A stretch of 64,000 nt of DNA, from contig NC_045138.2 of assembly GCF_008831285.2 (NCBI RefSeq), forward strand, positions 37,820,001 to 37,884,000, read 5' to 3'. Source of the stretch: Nymphaea colorata (lineage: Eukaryota). The stretch's first letter is position 1. The number at the start of each line of letters is the position of its first letter. Made by a program: the position numbers and the translations under genes. Positions 51,517 to 64,000 of this stretch are shown here, in pieces. Below the pieces are notes generated by a model. The model had not been told where the DNA came from, ran no database searches, and worked only from the letters and a program-made list of their open reading frames with translations.

Positions 51517-53700
51517 GAATGCCCATTTGGTGATTTCTCCTAGCTTCTGGTCTAGGTGATGCATCAAAAAATGCCTCTGGTTTGGCCCCTGTGCAAATAG
51601 GAAAGTTTGGAGCGAAGACTGCATAACATTTTAACATAACTTGAAAAGGAGGAAACAGAAGAAGGCATGGATTTGTTCTTCATAGTCCATAGATGAAGTT
51701 TCCTGTGTGTATTCCCAAATGAAACGATATAGAAGTTCAACACCCAGTTTGAAGAATTTGGTTTTAATCTTATGATCTTACATTCTGAAAAACAAGAAGC
51801 GTATTTGGGAAAACAGAATCATCTTGAGGAACTAAAATAAATGAGAAAAGAAAAAATGGGTTTGCTTATTTCATTAGAACAAGGAAGAGGCGGCTACAAC
51901 TGAACTAGAAATAAGAAAAGCAAACGAAAAGTAGATGAATTTCTCGATATTCAAGAAGACAAGGATGACAAATTTGTACAGTAAGTGAAACATCACCCTG
52001 ATTAAATAAGACAACGGAAACCACAATCAGTACCTCTCATCGTAATCGCATCCGATGGTGGTCGCACTAGGAAGAGAACGGCATCTGCGACTAATTCGTT
52101 TCAGACCGAAGGAAGAATGAAGCCAACAACAAGAATCTACACATAAATAGTGAAAGAAAGATCAAGATCAACTCAGTTCTAGCACAATGGCACACATAAG
52201 AAATAAGATAGGAGCGTCATCCTCCCTACCAAACGCACGGAGATGATTCCAAGTAAAATAGAAAATAAACGACTAGGCGGAGGAAAAATGGAAGCAAAGA
52301 GTACAGAAAAACATTTAGCGAAAACTTGGACGCGACACTGGAAACAAAGCGGCATCTGCGGACTAATTCGTTTCAGAACGCATGAGAAAACGAAACCAAG
52401 CAAAAGAATCGAGTGGTAAAAGTAAAATAGCAAAACCTCTGCGGCACCACGGTGATTCCCACAAGTATCAGAACAAGTTGGGAGCGGAAATGGGATTCAG
52501 CGACCGCCCTTTTGCCGAATGGAGGGAGACAATTCAGATTTAAATGAAAAACGAAGGGGGAAGAAAAGGAACTCAGGCAGGCAACAAGCAAAAAAAACTT
52601 CTGTGAATGGCAGGAGGAGATTCAGCACGAATGAAAAACAACAGAGAAGAATCAGGTCGGCAGGAAGGAAAAAAAGATGTTACCATTTAATCCACCTTAT
52701 AATTTTCGAATCAAGGCCTCTGCCCCTGCCCCTGCCCGATACCGTTCGATCAGAATGTTTCTTCAACAATGACATATAAAGAAATGAAAATCTTCTTCAA
52801 CGAGCGATGCAGGACTAAACTTTCTTTCATCCTTGTGCACGAGCTATCTAATGCAGATAAGGATGAACATTGAGCCGGATCGACCCAAATTGAAGTCGAT
52901 ACTAAGCCGAAGGCTCATCAATCATCTTTTGTTTACCTTGCAAATAAGGATGGGCATGGGGCCAAACTGGTCCAATTTAGAGACGAGCATGAGTTGAGGG
53001 CCGAAAACTCAACGGACCCCAAACCCGACACCTACCCTTACTGGCAAGCGATTCGGCTGGATTGAGTTGCTCAAGCTTATGCGGACTGCTGATAAGGAAC
53101 ATTTGGCTGACCCTTCTAGTTTATCACCGGGTCAGCTTAGTCCTCATGAAACATGGCTCTATGCTCCACCATTCACTTAGCCGAGCTTCTTAGGACCAGT
53201 CGTACCAAACTGGGCATTCAACCCATTGTCTTAAAGCATTTACTGATTCACATCCGATATTTGCTCTTGATGATCGAAACGCTCTTCGTTTAACTCTTCA
53301 ATGTTGGTGAAAAACATTCGCAAACAATTTGTTTTCTTGTTTAAAGGTCGAGGTTTGTAAGGACTAAGGGCCTAACGCACGGGTCCTATTTTTCTCCCCA
53401 CAAAGAAGTTGTGGCTGGATAACTTACCCAGGCCTTTCAAACACACCACTTCAGCTTGTAGTTTTCTGTCTTAAATATTTGGATCTTGGATTTGAGATTC
53501 TCAAGATGATCCGACATCAAAAATAAAGTAGAAAGATAGAATCATATCAATAGCCAGAAAGCATCTTAGTAACTGAAAACAAAGGAAAAAAAATACATGT
53601 ATAAAAGTATGCACATTTAGCTCCATGGAGGGGGACAGTTGCCGATGCGAATTGAATGCTAATTTGGTTGGGATCGAGAAAGAGACAAAAGTTACCAGGA
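51318..53700 (+). repeat. Segmental duplication, second copy at ~57727-59607 (with indels)
   Basis: Colinear blocks: tgtccctgtagtgctgtggaattctaaa; ccacaatcagtacctctcatcgtaatcg; agtcctcatgaaacatggct; gccgatgcgaattgaatgctaatttggttgggat..gttaccagga. Confidence 0.88.
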
Positions 53701-55298
53701 TTTTTTTTTTTCAGATTTGTCGAGCGAAGTGGTCTGACCTCAATTCCTTGTATTTGAGATTCTCTGTTATATAATCTCAGATCAGATCCGAGGTAAAAGA
53801 AACTCTCTTTATCAAGCAGATGAAATGTCTCACAGAACATGGTAAGTGCTGATTCATATTGAAACAAGTTATATAGATGCATCATCTGTTACATCTTGTG
53901 CTATCTGCAACACGTCTGTTTTTTTTTAAGTGCTTAGCTGGCACGGGATTTCCTTTGAAAATGAGATTCAGAATTACATGAAATTTGAGTTGTTTTGTTG
54001 ATATGAACATTTCAATTTTCCTTTGAATAATTTGGCCATTCTCAGGTTAGGATAAGAAAAATGTGTTCCTGTGGTGCAGCTTCGGACCTCGGTTGACTGC
54101 AGATTGTTTTGTAGTTGCCACATTATTGTTTTAGCAGAAAAATCTTAAAACAGGAGAAGCACAAAATTTTCAAGATAATAATCTGACACGAAATGATTAT
54201 GTAGTTTAAGTTTTCAACATGTCGAACAAGGGCATGAAAGGAACTGCATAAGACACAAACAATAGGCTAAATGAATTTGATGCACACTATTTTCTGTTAC
54301 TGCTACAAACTATTGTTTCCATGAAGCTCAAATACTAGCCAAAGCAGGGGAAACAAAAGAGTCAAGAAACAAGCAACAGTATGCAGCATATATCAAATAA
54401 AAATAAGGTGATATTTCATACGATAAATTGTACACTGTGATTGTATAACCCACCTAATTGGGCTTAGTACCCTTGACATAATTAGTTCTTCACATGTGGG
54501 GAAAAGAAGAAGAATAAGAAGACAGTATAACAGCACAGAGGATACATACAGAAAATTCAACATCCAAAAGCATCACATTTTACAAAAAAAAAACACACAC
54601 ACACACACACACACACAGATAGGAAAATGCATAAGAAAAATAAATAAAAGGCAAAACAAAAAGGGAATATCAAGATAGAAATCCACACCTGAAATGGCTG
54701 ATCGACGCGGGAGAGAATGTCGGGAGCATGCTGAGGGAGGAAGAATCAGCCCTCCTGTTCATCCAACAGCGCGCTACAGCTGCCTGTAGGATGAAGAACG
54801 GTGATGAAAGCTGTCCACTCCCCTCATCCCCTTTTTTCTCTGTGCAGGATGCCTGAGAGAAAAGGCATACAGGTTTCATTCATGTGACCAATCATAAACA
54901 ACCCTTAAGTTAATGACATGTCAATTCTAATGAATCAAAAATCACAGTAGAATTAGCCATATACGTACACATACCACCAAAAAGATATCATAAATAACCT
55001 CTAGGCTAAGTGAAATGGGTACTTCATCTTGGGTGATGAACTTGTAGCACACCCGGTAATTCAATCCAAAAATTATACCACAACTGATCCTTGCACTTCT
55101 ATTACTACAGTAGCACGTTGAAGGCATTGTGGAGCTGTAAACTTGGAAAATTTTGGTAGCCATGTGAAAGTGACACCACTAGTTTGAAGTTTATTACATT
55201 TACAATGCTTGGCACTTTCAGGTGTCAGTTTTCCCTGCTACTATTTATAGAGGTTCTTGATTAATGAGGTAAGAGAGACAGATATGGTCTATACTTAC

Positions 55299-55411
55299 CT
55301 GCCTAATCACATAATTAAAACTGGGACAAAGGCCTCCACAGGTAACTATTGCTGCATTTACTTCTTGAGGTTTTGAAATATATATGCTCTCGTGGCCCAG
55401 CTCGATGAACC
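55299..55411 (-). pseudogene. PFK5: Isolated exon of ATP-dependent 6-phosphofructokinase (PFK5-like), frameshifted
   Basis: ttatttcag|...[37 protein letters not shown]|gtaagt matches the plant PFK motif RAGPR..[27 protein letters not shown]; 1-nt insertion; no other PFK exon recognised nearby. Confidence 0.85.
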
Positions 55412-56029
55412 CTGAAATAAGTTGATGTATCCTCAGCAAATAACTTAAACAGCCATGTCAAATACTAAAATGTGCAAAAAATCAACTTTTAACTAATTCA
55501 GATGAATTTATAATTGAGAAACAGATTGATTTCTGACAGATACAGAAACCAATCGAAATATTGCAAGTTATGCTTAGTCATTATTCTTTCCTTTGCATAT
55601 GGTGCTTTCCAATATTTTTCTCAGCTTAAACATAGTTGACAGCAGAGAGCAAGCAAGTGCTACTGGTTCTCAGTCAATCCCTCTGTGATGAAGCTGGATG
55701 CATGTCACTTTTCAGAGTGCTATAATGACAATGCTATGGCACTTCAGGAAATGCCATTAGAGTATTATGATTAATGATTAAAGCAAGATCACATCCATGC
55801 GGTTAATATCCCAAAAACAACAGTTACGACAGATATATTCAGATAGCTAAGCCCTTGAAATGGGATGATAATTTTGATATACAAACAACAATAACAATGA
55901 TAATGATGACAACAATAATAATGATGACAGCCTATGCATCGATAAGGCTTCTCGGTCATGAAATTTTCTTCCTACCAGATAACAGCAGGTGAACAATGAA
56001 AAGAAAGAAAAGGGAAACCAAAAACACAA

Positions 56030-57064
56030 CTAATCCTCAGTCAGGAAGCACAACAAAATACATATCCACTTCAACAGCAGATCAACTTGACCATACTCTC
56101 CAAATTCATCGGAAAGAACCATAATAGGAAGACAAAAGCAAACGAGCACCCAAGAGGGAAGAACAGAAATTTCCAGTGAATGAGAAATCGCCATATACCT
56201 GAGTAATGTTGCAGCCAAGAGGGAAGAACAGATATTTCCTGTTGAAGATGGTGTCTGAAGGCCTGCGTGTGAAGAAAGAGAGAGCGAGAGAGGATAGGAA
56301 CGACAGAGCGAGAGAGCAAGAGAGGAGAGGAACGAGAGAGCGAGAGAGGAGAGGTTCTGAAAGAGGAGATGAACGACAAACCGAGAGAGGAGAGGAGAGG
56401 CTCTGAGAGAGGAGAGGAACGAGAGACCGAGAGAGGAGAGGGGAAGAGGCGACGGAGGGGAAAGAGGCAGCGAGAGAGGAGAGGAACGAGAGAGCGAGAG
56501 AGGAGAGGCTCTGAGAGAGGAGAGGAACGAAAGACCGAGAGAGGAGAGGGGAAGAGGCGACGGAGGGGAAAGAGGCAGCAAGAGAGGAGAGGCTCTGAGA
56601 GAGGGGAGGAACGAGAGAGACCGAGAGAGGAGAGGGGAAGAGGCGACGGAGGGGAAAGAGGCAGCGAGAGAGGAGAGGAAGGAGAGAGCGAGAGAGGTGA
56701 GGCTTTCAGAGAGCGAGAGGAAGGAGAGAGCGAGAGAGGAGAGGCTCTGAGAGAGGAGAGGAAAGAGAGACCGAGAGAGGAGAGGGAAAGAGGCGACGGA
56801 GGGGAAAGAGGCAGCGAGAACGAGATTTTTTGACAGCCTAACGGCTCTCAAAAAGATCTGCGGTAAAAAGTCTAAGCTCTGAACTTTTTTTCGGGTGAGT
56901 TTTACCTTCGTCGTACAGAGAAATTTTACTTTGCGGGTGAAATTTTACTGCGTGCGGGTGAAATTTTACTGCGTGCGATGCACACACCACTCATCGAGGT
57001 AAACTTCTCTTCACCGTACGTTTTTCACCCGATGCACAGGATTTTTCCTGTGCATCAAACGGGC
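56030..57064. mobile_element. Right end of a related PIF/Harbinger element (GA-rich inner region, subterminal repeats, partial TIR); left end not found
   Basis: gcgggtgaaattttact repeats (56935-56972), gatgcacaggatttttcctgtgcatc hairpin, then atcaaacgggc (to 57064); same layout as the right ends at 13.2-13.8, 26.9-27.5 and 30.3-31.15 kb. Confidence 0.6.
56275..56822 (+). repeat. Purine-rich (GA) complex tandem repeat
   Basis: Recurrent ggaagaggcgacggaggggaaagaggcagc and gagaggagaggctctgagagaggag units. Confidence 0.85.
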
Positions 57065-60000
57065 AAACGGGGAATAAGGTACGTATAGCAAGCCATGCAA
57101 TTTCAATCGAAACCAAATAACTTTTAAACCTTGTAATCCGCAATTATGTATCAAATAACTCATTATGGAGTGCATTTCATATAAAGAGCGCATCTGTGCG
57201 GGGAAAATTTCCAAATGGAATTTGCAAAATCGAAGTCCCTTTTGTGCTCAGACCTTCTGTGCAATTTCTTCTTCTTCTTCTTCTTCTTATACGGAAATCT
57301 GATTCCAACGCCCGAACCAAATAGCTAGAAATGTACCTTTGATGGGATTTTCACTTGATAATCCGAAGTATGATTAGGTTTTGGAATTTATTGAGTGCGG
57401 TCATGTAGCCGAAACATATGAACTATAACAGCACAAATATGATGGTAAGAGTATCTCCTCCACGGTATAATAGTATAACTTTTTTAGACAACAACTTAGT
57501 ATATTTTTTAACATGTATAGTATGAATATATATTTGGGGAGCACAAATATCAACCGTGGACCCCAAGAACAAGTTGTTCTTTTTTTACAACCCCAAGAAG
57601 AGTTGTATTGGCTTCACAATCATAAGCAAGCATTGAGGAAGAAGCGTTCTTGCCTATTAAGCAAAGAGCTTGGTGCGGATGAGGTTGCAATTGCACAAAT
57701 CACAATTGCCTATTAAGCAAAGATGCCGCTGTATCTCTCTCTTATTTTGATCTTTTGGATTGTTCTTCCTTTTCAAAGCATGTTGGAGCTGAATTGGTTT
57801 TTGTTTACAGCACTTTACTTGTGTCCCTGTAGTGCTGTGGAATTCTAAATTTTTGTAAGAATTGTACATACAGCAAATAGGAAATATGAAAGTTTGGAGC
57901 GAAGAATGCATAACATTTTAACAGAACTTAAGAGGAGGAAGCAGGAGGCACGGATTTGTTCTTCGTAGTCCATAGATGAAGTTTCCTGCGTGTATTCCCA
58001 AATGAAAGGATATAGAAGTTCTTACACCCAGTTTGAAGAATTTGGTTTTAATCTTATGATCTTACATTCTGCAAAACAAGAAACGCATTTGGGAAAACAG
58101 AATCACCTTGAGGAACGGAAATAAAATGAGAAAAGAAAAAATGGGTTTGCTTATTCCATTAGAACAAGGAAGAGGCGGCGAAAACTGGACTAGAAATAAG
58201 AAAAGCAAACGAAAATTAGATGAACTAGAAATAAGAAAGCAAACGAAAATTAGATGAATTTTCGACATTCAAGAAGACAAGGACGACAAATTTGCAAAAC
58301 AAGTGAAAGATCATCCTGACTAAATAAGACAACGGAAACCACAATCAGTACCTCTCATCGTAATCGTATCCGATGGTAGTAGTCGCACCAGGAAAAGAAC
58401 AGCGTCTGCGACTAATTCGTTTCAGACCGAAGGAAGAATGAAGCACCACGGCGATTCTCACAAGTATCAGAACAAGTTGGGAGCGGAACTGGGATTCATC
58501 GGCCGCCCTTCTACCGAATGGAGGGAGACGGACGATTCAGATTAAATGAAAAACGAAGGGGGAAGAAAAAGAACTCAGGCAGGCAACAAGCAAAAAAGAC
58601 TCGTCGAATGGCGGGAGGACGATTCAGCTAGAACGAAAGAGAACAGAGAAGAATCAGGCCAATCGTTCCAATTTTATCAGATGTCTCCGAAGAGACATTA
58701 GGAACTCTTCGACCATAACATATAAAGAAAGGAAAATTTCATCAACGAGCAATGCAGGACTAAATTTTCCAGCATAAATAAGAGAACATCGAGCCGAACC
58801 ATCCCGATTTGGAGTCGAGCTTGAACCATCCCGATTTGGAGTCTGCACATCAGCCATTTTTCGTTTACCGAGCAAGTAGCGATTGGCATCGGCCCCAACT
58901 GGTCCAATTTGGAGTCAAGCATGGGTCAAGGGCCTGAAAGCTTAAGAGACCCCCAGCCCGACACCTACCCTTACTCGCAAGGTATTCGACTGGATTGAAT
59001 TGGTCTATCTTGTTGCAGACCACTGATAAGGACCATTTGGCTGACCCTTCCAGTCTATCACCAGGTCAACTTGGTCCGAGTCCTCATGAAACATGGCTCC
59101 ATGCTCGACCGTGCACTTAGCCGAGCTTCTTAGGACCAGTGGTATCAAGCACTTAGTGATTCACGTCCGATATTTGCTCTTGATGATCAAAACGCTCCTC
59201 ATTTTAACTTCAATGTTGGTGAAAAACATTCGCAAGCAAGCAATTGGTTTACTTTCTTAAAAATGGTGACAAAAAGGTCGAGCTAAGGGCCAAACCCAGG
59301 GGTCCTACTTTTCACCCCATAAAGAAGTTGTCGCTGGATAACTTATCCAGTCCTTTCAAACACACCACTTCAACTTGTAGCTTTCCGTCTTAAATATTTG
59401 GATCTTGGATTTGAGATTCTCAAGATGATCCCCCGTCGAAAATAAAGCAGAGAGATAGAATCATATCAATAGCCAGAAAACTGAAAACAAAAGAAAAAAA
59501 AAAAAAAGAATTGAATGCTAATTTTGCTCCATTGAGAGGGACAGCTGCCGATGCGAATTGAATGCTAATTTGGTTGGGATTCACAAAGAGAAAAAGAGTT
59601 ACCAGGACGTGTTTGGTTGCCTGGTCAATAGCAGCCGCAGGGTCCAGCCACATACCACGACGTAGTGTCGTCGACGCGACAAAACATGGAAAACTCCATC
59701 CCTATTTGACTATGTTGGTGAGATATTTTACTCTTACTCGGCTTCAAACACGAGACTTTCTGTCCCTCACCATTCTAACACACCCTTTCTCATCATAATA
59801 GTTAGGTGGAGACCGTCGAGTCAATATGGGTGGTCGAACGCACCGACTTATAATTTAAATAACTTGCTCTCTTATCATATAACTAATGTTGTAAATAAAC
59901 GGTAATCCCCCACGTATCAGCTCGTTTCTTGTTATTATGTATTTTATTAATTTAAAGTATATTTTAAATTGATTTAGAAGACGACAACAAAAACTTGTAT

Positions 60001-60249
60001 CAGCCTTGTATTGTGTTACAACATACAGCGTTATTTAGCCTCCTTTTTGTCCTTTTAAATATATAAATGACAGAAATTTAAATAATTAAAATATCGAACT
60101 CAATATAATAAATGGAAGTGTGTACGCTTTTTCGTTTTGGATGGAGCTCGTCAACTCTATTGAAACCCAATTCCCAGTCACGTTGACCCGCGACCTACCA
60201 AGTTAACGGTCGATAAATAACGGGAATCTAAAATTAAGCGACCGATAGA

Positions 60250-63200
60250 TTCAGACGCCATTTCCGGAGGGCGCAGCGGCGGATGGGGGAAGCCCGCCCT
60301 TCCCCAAAAGACGACAGAGCCCTTTCACCCTGAGGAGACAGCTTCACCGCTTCGGCGCCGTCCACGTAGCAAGCTACAGGGGCGTTGTGGTCATTTCTGT
60401 TGTGCATACATATATATCTCCGTCCTTCAGAATCGTGTCGAGTCCCTTCCTTTTCGACCTTCAGAAAAGCGGAAAGGGGCCGAGATCCGTCTTTCTGTCC
60501 TCTGAATCAGACGCCATTAGGCGGGGAATCCTGTTTGAGGTATGGAGTTTTGTTCCTTTTTTGTCATTTTCGTGATTGTGCTTTCCGTCTTCTTTGTTAT
60601 TCTGTCTTTTGGTTCGGTTCCGATTGGCGCTTTTTCATTCCGTGATTCTTCGCTGTCGATGCATGTTCTGCATATTTCTTGGAAACGTTCGTCTGGTGTT
60701 TTCGGTTTAGATCGGAGTGATTCCGGGTCCTGAGAGGGAAGATCTCCAATTCGGCGGTAATGATACGTGCTCCATTGCTTTTTCGAGGATCTTTAGTTGT
60801 TTTCTTTTCCCATGTTGAATCCGCGGCGTGGACGTGCCTTCATGCTGTTTTGAGACTGTTGCCGGAGTTTTGCTTCATTCTTTCCATCCAATGACGGCGT
60901 ATATTCGTGTTTGTTGAGGCGATTGTCTAATCGTAGATGTTTTTGGATTATGATGAAACCATTTATCTGATTCTTCATTTTTAGTTTTCTGGGAGCTTTT
61001 TGTGTTTCCTGAGTGTTTTGGTGGGTTAGATCTGGATACAAGGGAAATTTCTAGTTTTGAAATTAAGGAAGCTGCATGCTTAACTAACTGCGTCTCCGGC
61101 GGGTTCTTCTTCATCCTTTTAAATGCTATATTGCTGATCGTCATGCAGGCTTAAGCACAAAAAAATTGGTAATTATGAGAAAATCCAATCAGTAATCTGA
61201 TGCATTTTCCTAACCATATATTGTGTGGGGTATTGATATCTTTTGTTCATGTGTGTAGTTGCCTGTACATTGTTGCTTCTATTACCGGGGTCTTTGAACT
61301 GTGATCTTTTCATCGTTGACAACGGATTGCTGAAGCTGTTTGGTTTCTTTTTAATGATCTAAGTGAATTAGTCGTATGATGCTTTAATATCCAACAGTAG
61401 TACCGAAGGGGAAGCCTTTGCAAAAAACATATGATCTTCTCTCCACCACTCGTTAAAATTTTAACATGATTGTCACAGAAACGTGATTAAAACTGGGTCT
61501 TAAATAGTAGGTAGCTAATTCTAGCATAAAGTGTTTTTGTGGATGTATATACGATGTCAATGTTTGGATCCTTTTATTTTTTTCTTCAGGACCATTTTAT
61601 GTTGAATTTGGATTTTTTATGCGGTAAAAAATATTGTTTATTTTATTTGGTTTTATGACAATTTGTGAGTCACTGCGATTCACCTTCCTCTGTTATGCTT
61701 CACATGCAAATAGGCAGGAGAGTGAGAGAGGAAAAGGAGATGAAAAAACAGTCTAAAAATGGAACTGGTAGAACCCATTTACATATAATTATATTTGTAT
61801 ACACACACAAATGTGACTGCATGGACATGGTCAGATTGTCCAAAACTATATTTCCTAAAAAAATCTGAAATCCAATGTGAAGATCATATTCTATAAAATC
61901 ACCAAAACAACAGTCTTACATTGATCATGTCATAAAATTAGATTTACATGTCAGGTTTCAGTTTTCCTTAAATATATTTTTAATACAATGTGACAACATT
62001 CTTGTGGTTAGATCATTGTCACGTATATCGTGTACAGGTATGATACAATGAGCAATTTCTCGGGTATAATATGACAAAGTTGTATATCTCGGGAATATCT
62101 CAGCAAAATCTCGGCAAATTTTTAAGAAATTGAAAACATTTAATAAATCCTGAAAATTATAAAAAATTAAAAATTAATAAAAAAATACAGAAAACTCGTA
62201 TTTTTCACGTTTTTTATTTTATGGTGTTTTTTTAAAAAACACACGTCTAATTGCCGTTTTATATGGCTGACTGATTTCTCGTGTATTATACGCGTTTTTT
62301 CGAATAACACGTGTTTAGATCTGTGAAAAACTGTGAGATGCCTGAACCTTGTCTTTCACTTGAAGTATTTATCAATAAGAGTCAAGCGAAAATTGTAGAC
62401 CAAATTGCTAATACCCATCCCTCAGTGAATAGTGGTCCAGGTCAATATCAGGGAATGAGACTATAATTTGAATCTCCCAACACATAACTGGTTTTGGTCT
62501 CTGAGACGAGGACCTTAATTGCTTTGTTTATCTTGTTATTAACAGAATGTTTGATAAGTTCAGGAGCCTGTAGTCTTTTGATGGTTTGTTGATATGGATA
62601 AAATGTGGTGCTGTTTTTGCAAATCTGGGCTGTGAAGCTAATCCAGTTCAACACGAAATCGTAACTGCTTTCTCAATAGTCTTTGGAAGTTGGAACCATA
62701 TCAAGGACATATCTATATTGGCTATTTTTTGACACATAACTTTATATCCAGTTGCTGCATGTAGTTTCTTGACTAAGCTGGCTTGACAGTGAAATAGAAA
62801 ATGCGTAGCTCCATAGTAGGGGAAGGTATGCAATTTTTTCATTTTCAACAAAGGATTGGTTTCTCCCTTATCCTTTTATGGGTGGCCCAGCAGTCTTGCT
62901 CCCTTCTGGTTTTATTCTTAATTCATGCTACTTTTAGAATGAGTTCCTTCTATGAAGCATAGAAGTAGCCCTATGTTTGTCCCCGTGTTTCTGTATAGGT
63001 CCTCCCAAGCCTAATGTTTCTTCATATATGGTATCTTTGGATGGTTCAAGTGGTGTGCAGGTCTACTTCTTGATGACATTAGAGAAGTATGCTTAATGCT
63101 TCATTAAAAAAATAAATCACACACTGGGGGATATAAGCTCTTTTATGTGCAAACAAGTTGATGATCTAAGCACCCAACACATGGAGAGGAACCTAAAGCA

Positions 63201-64000
63201 TTTCTTTAGTTATAATCTTTGTTGGGATGGGCTTATAATATCAGTAAACACTCAGGTGATTGTGACTGCGCAGTGGTAGACAGGCTTTTAATACTCCTAT
63301 ATTGCTGTAAATTGCATCTAATGGACCTTTCTCTTGGATAGGTGATTTTACTACATATTGGATGAGGAAGCATTTAATACTTATTGATTAACTGTTTACT
63401 GTTGGTTTCACCTTTATCTTGCAAAATCGGCTTTTCAAATTTTTTAGTTAAAGAAGGGATGAACAAGCAAATAGCTTTATAATGTGTCTTTTTTTGGTAG
63501 CAATTTGACCTGCTTCAGGGGACAAATATTGAAGAACGCTGTACCTTGATCTTAGCCTAGCTGTGCAACAGTGTTGAGGCTATAAAATTAAATGAAGGTT
63601 TTATATTTTCAATTTCAGTTTTAATGATTATCATGTGCTGCTATCTATTTTCACATTTTCCATTTTTATCTGAGATAATGGTGCAATAAGGAAATTCTCA
63701 GCTCCTTGGTCGTTGTATATACCATAACTTGTGCTATTCTCTGTCATTCTTTTCTTAATTAGAGTTTGAATTTTACTGTATTGATTAATGATTTATTTTC
63801 TTTCAAGAAGATTATTTGCTGACTGACTTGCTGCATTCTAATTTAAATTGATCAATTTTTGGAGCTTTTAGATATACTGTTGTTTTTAATGCTAGCAGCA
63901 ACATGAATTTGATCAGGAATTCAGGTATTCCAGTCAAGGCATTTCCAGGATTCAAGTTCAAGCAGAAAATATGGCTGTGGAAATATTGGCAGCTGAGTAC
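60250..64000 (+). other. Probable 5' end (GC-rich leader and long T-rich intron) of an unidentified gene continuing beyond the window
   Basis: GC-rich 60250-60540 followed by persistently T-rich plus strand; possible acceptor near 63898 and an open frame ending ...ENMAVEILAAEY at the window edge. No recognisable protein motif. Confidence 0.35.
62014..62312. mobile_element. Diverged relative of the 22557 hAT MITE
   Basis: Starts CATTGTCAC; internal ggtataatatgacaaagttgtatatctcggga..tcggcaaatttttaa..aacatttaata..aaaattataaaaa colinear with 22606-22715; flanks ggttagat/gtttagat (7/8); right TIR degenerate. Confidence 0.5.

Noticed and set aside
56030..56851. 273-aa (minus) and 154-aa (plus) ORFs
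   Set aside because: Products of a GA/CT low-complexity repeat that lacks stop codons; no domain. The same applies to ORFs at 13189-13630, 23251-23769, 27123-27483 and 30343-31067.

Overview
Flowering-plant nuclear DNA (GT-AG introns, microsatellites, plant TE families); the species cannot be determined from the sequence. The window is a rearranged tandem-duplication cluster. It holds three copies of a 5-exon wax ester synthase/diacylglycerol acyltransferase (WSD1-like) gene on +. Two are intact (5389-9108, 483 aa; 34242-37971, 481 aa) and one is a pseudogene (16524-18330). Copies 2 and 3 are each followed by a convergent DRP5A (dynamin-related protein 5A) pseudogene. The second DRP5A relic is folded into a ~4.2 kb almost spacer-less palindrome (44186-48397), a candidate hairpin-RNA/siRNA locus. 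A family of non-autonomous PIF/Harbinger elements (GGGCCCGTTTGAT TIR, TAA/TTA targets, palindromic subterminal motifs) carries unrelated internal cargo with splice signals; a frameshifted PFK5-like exon lies inward of one such end, giving Pack-TE-like architecture. Also present: a hAT MITE with an 8-bp TSD, a 5'-truncated LINE with a 20-bp TSD, several segmental duplications, and probably the 5' end of another gene after ~60.2 kb. Alignments and splice sites were read by eye; repeat boundaries are approximate.
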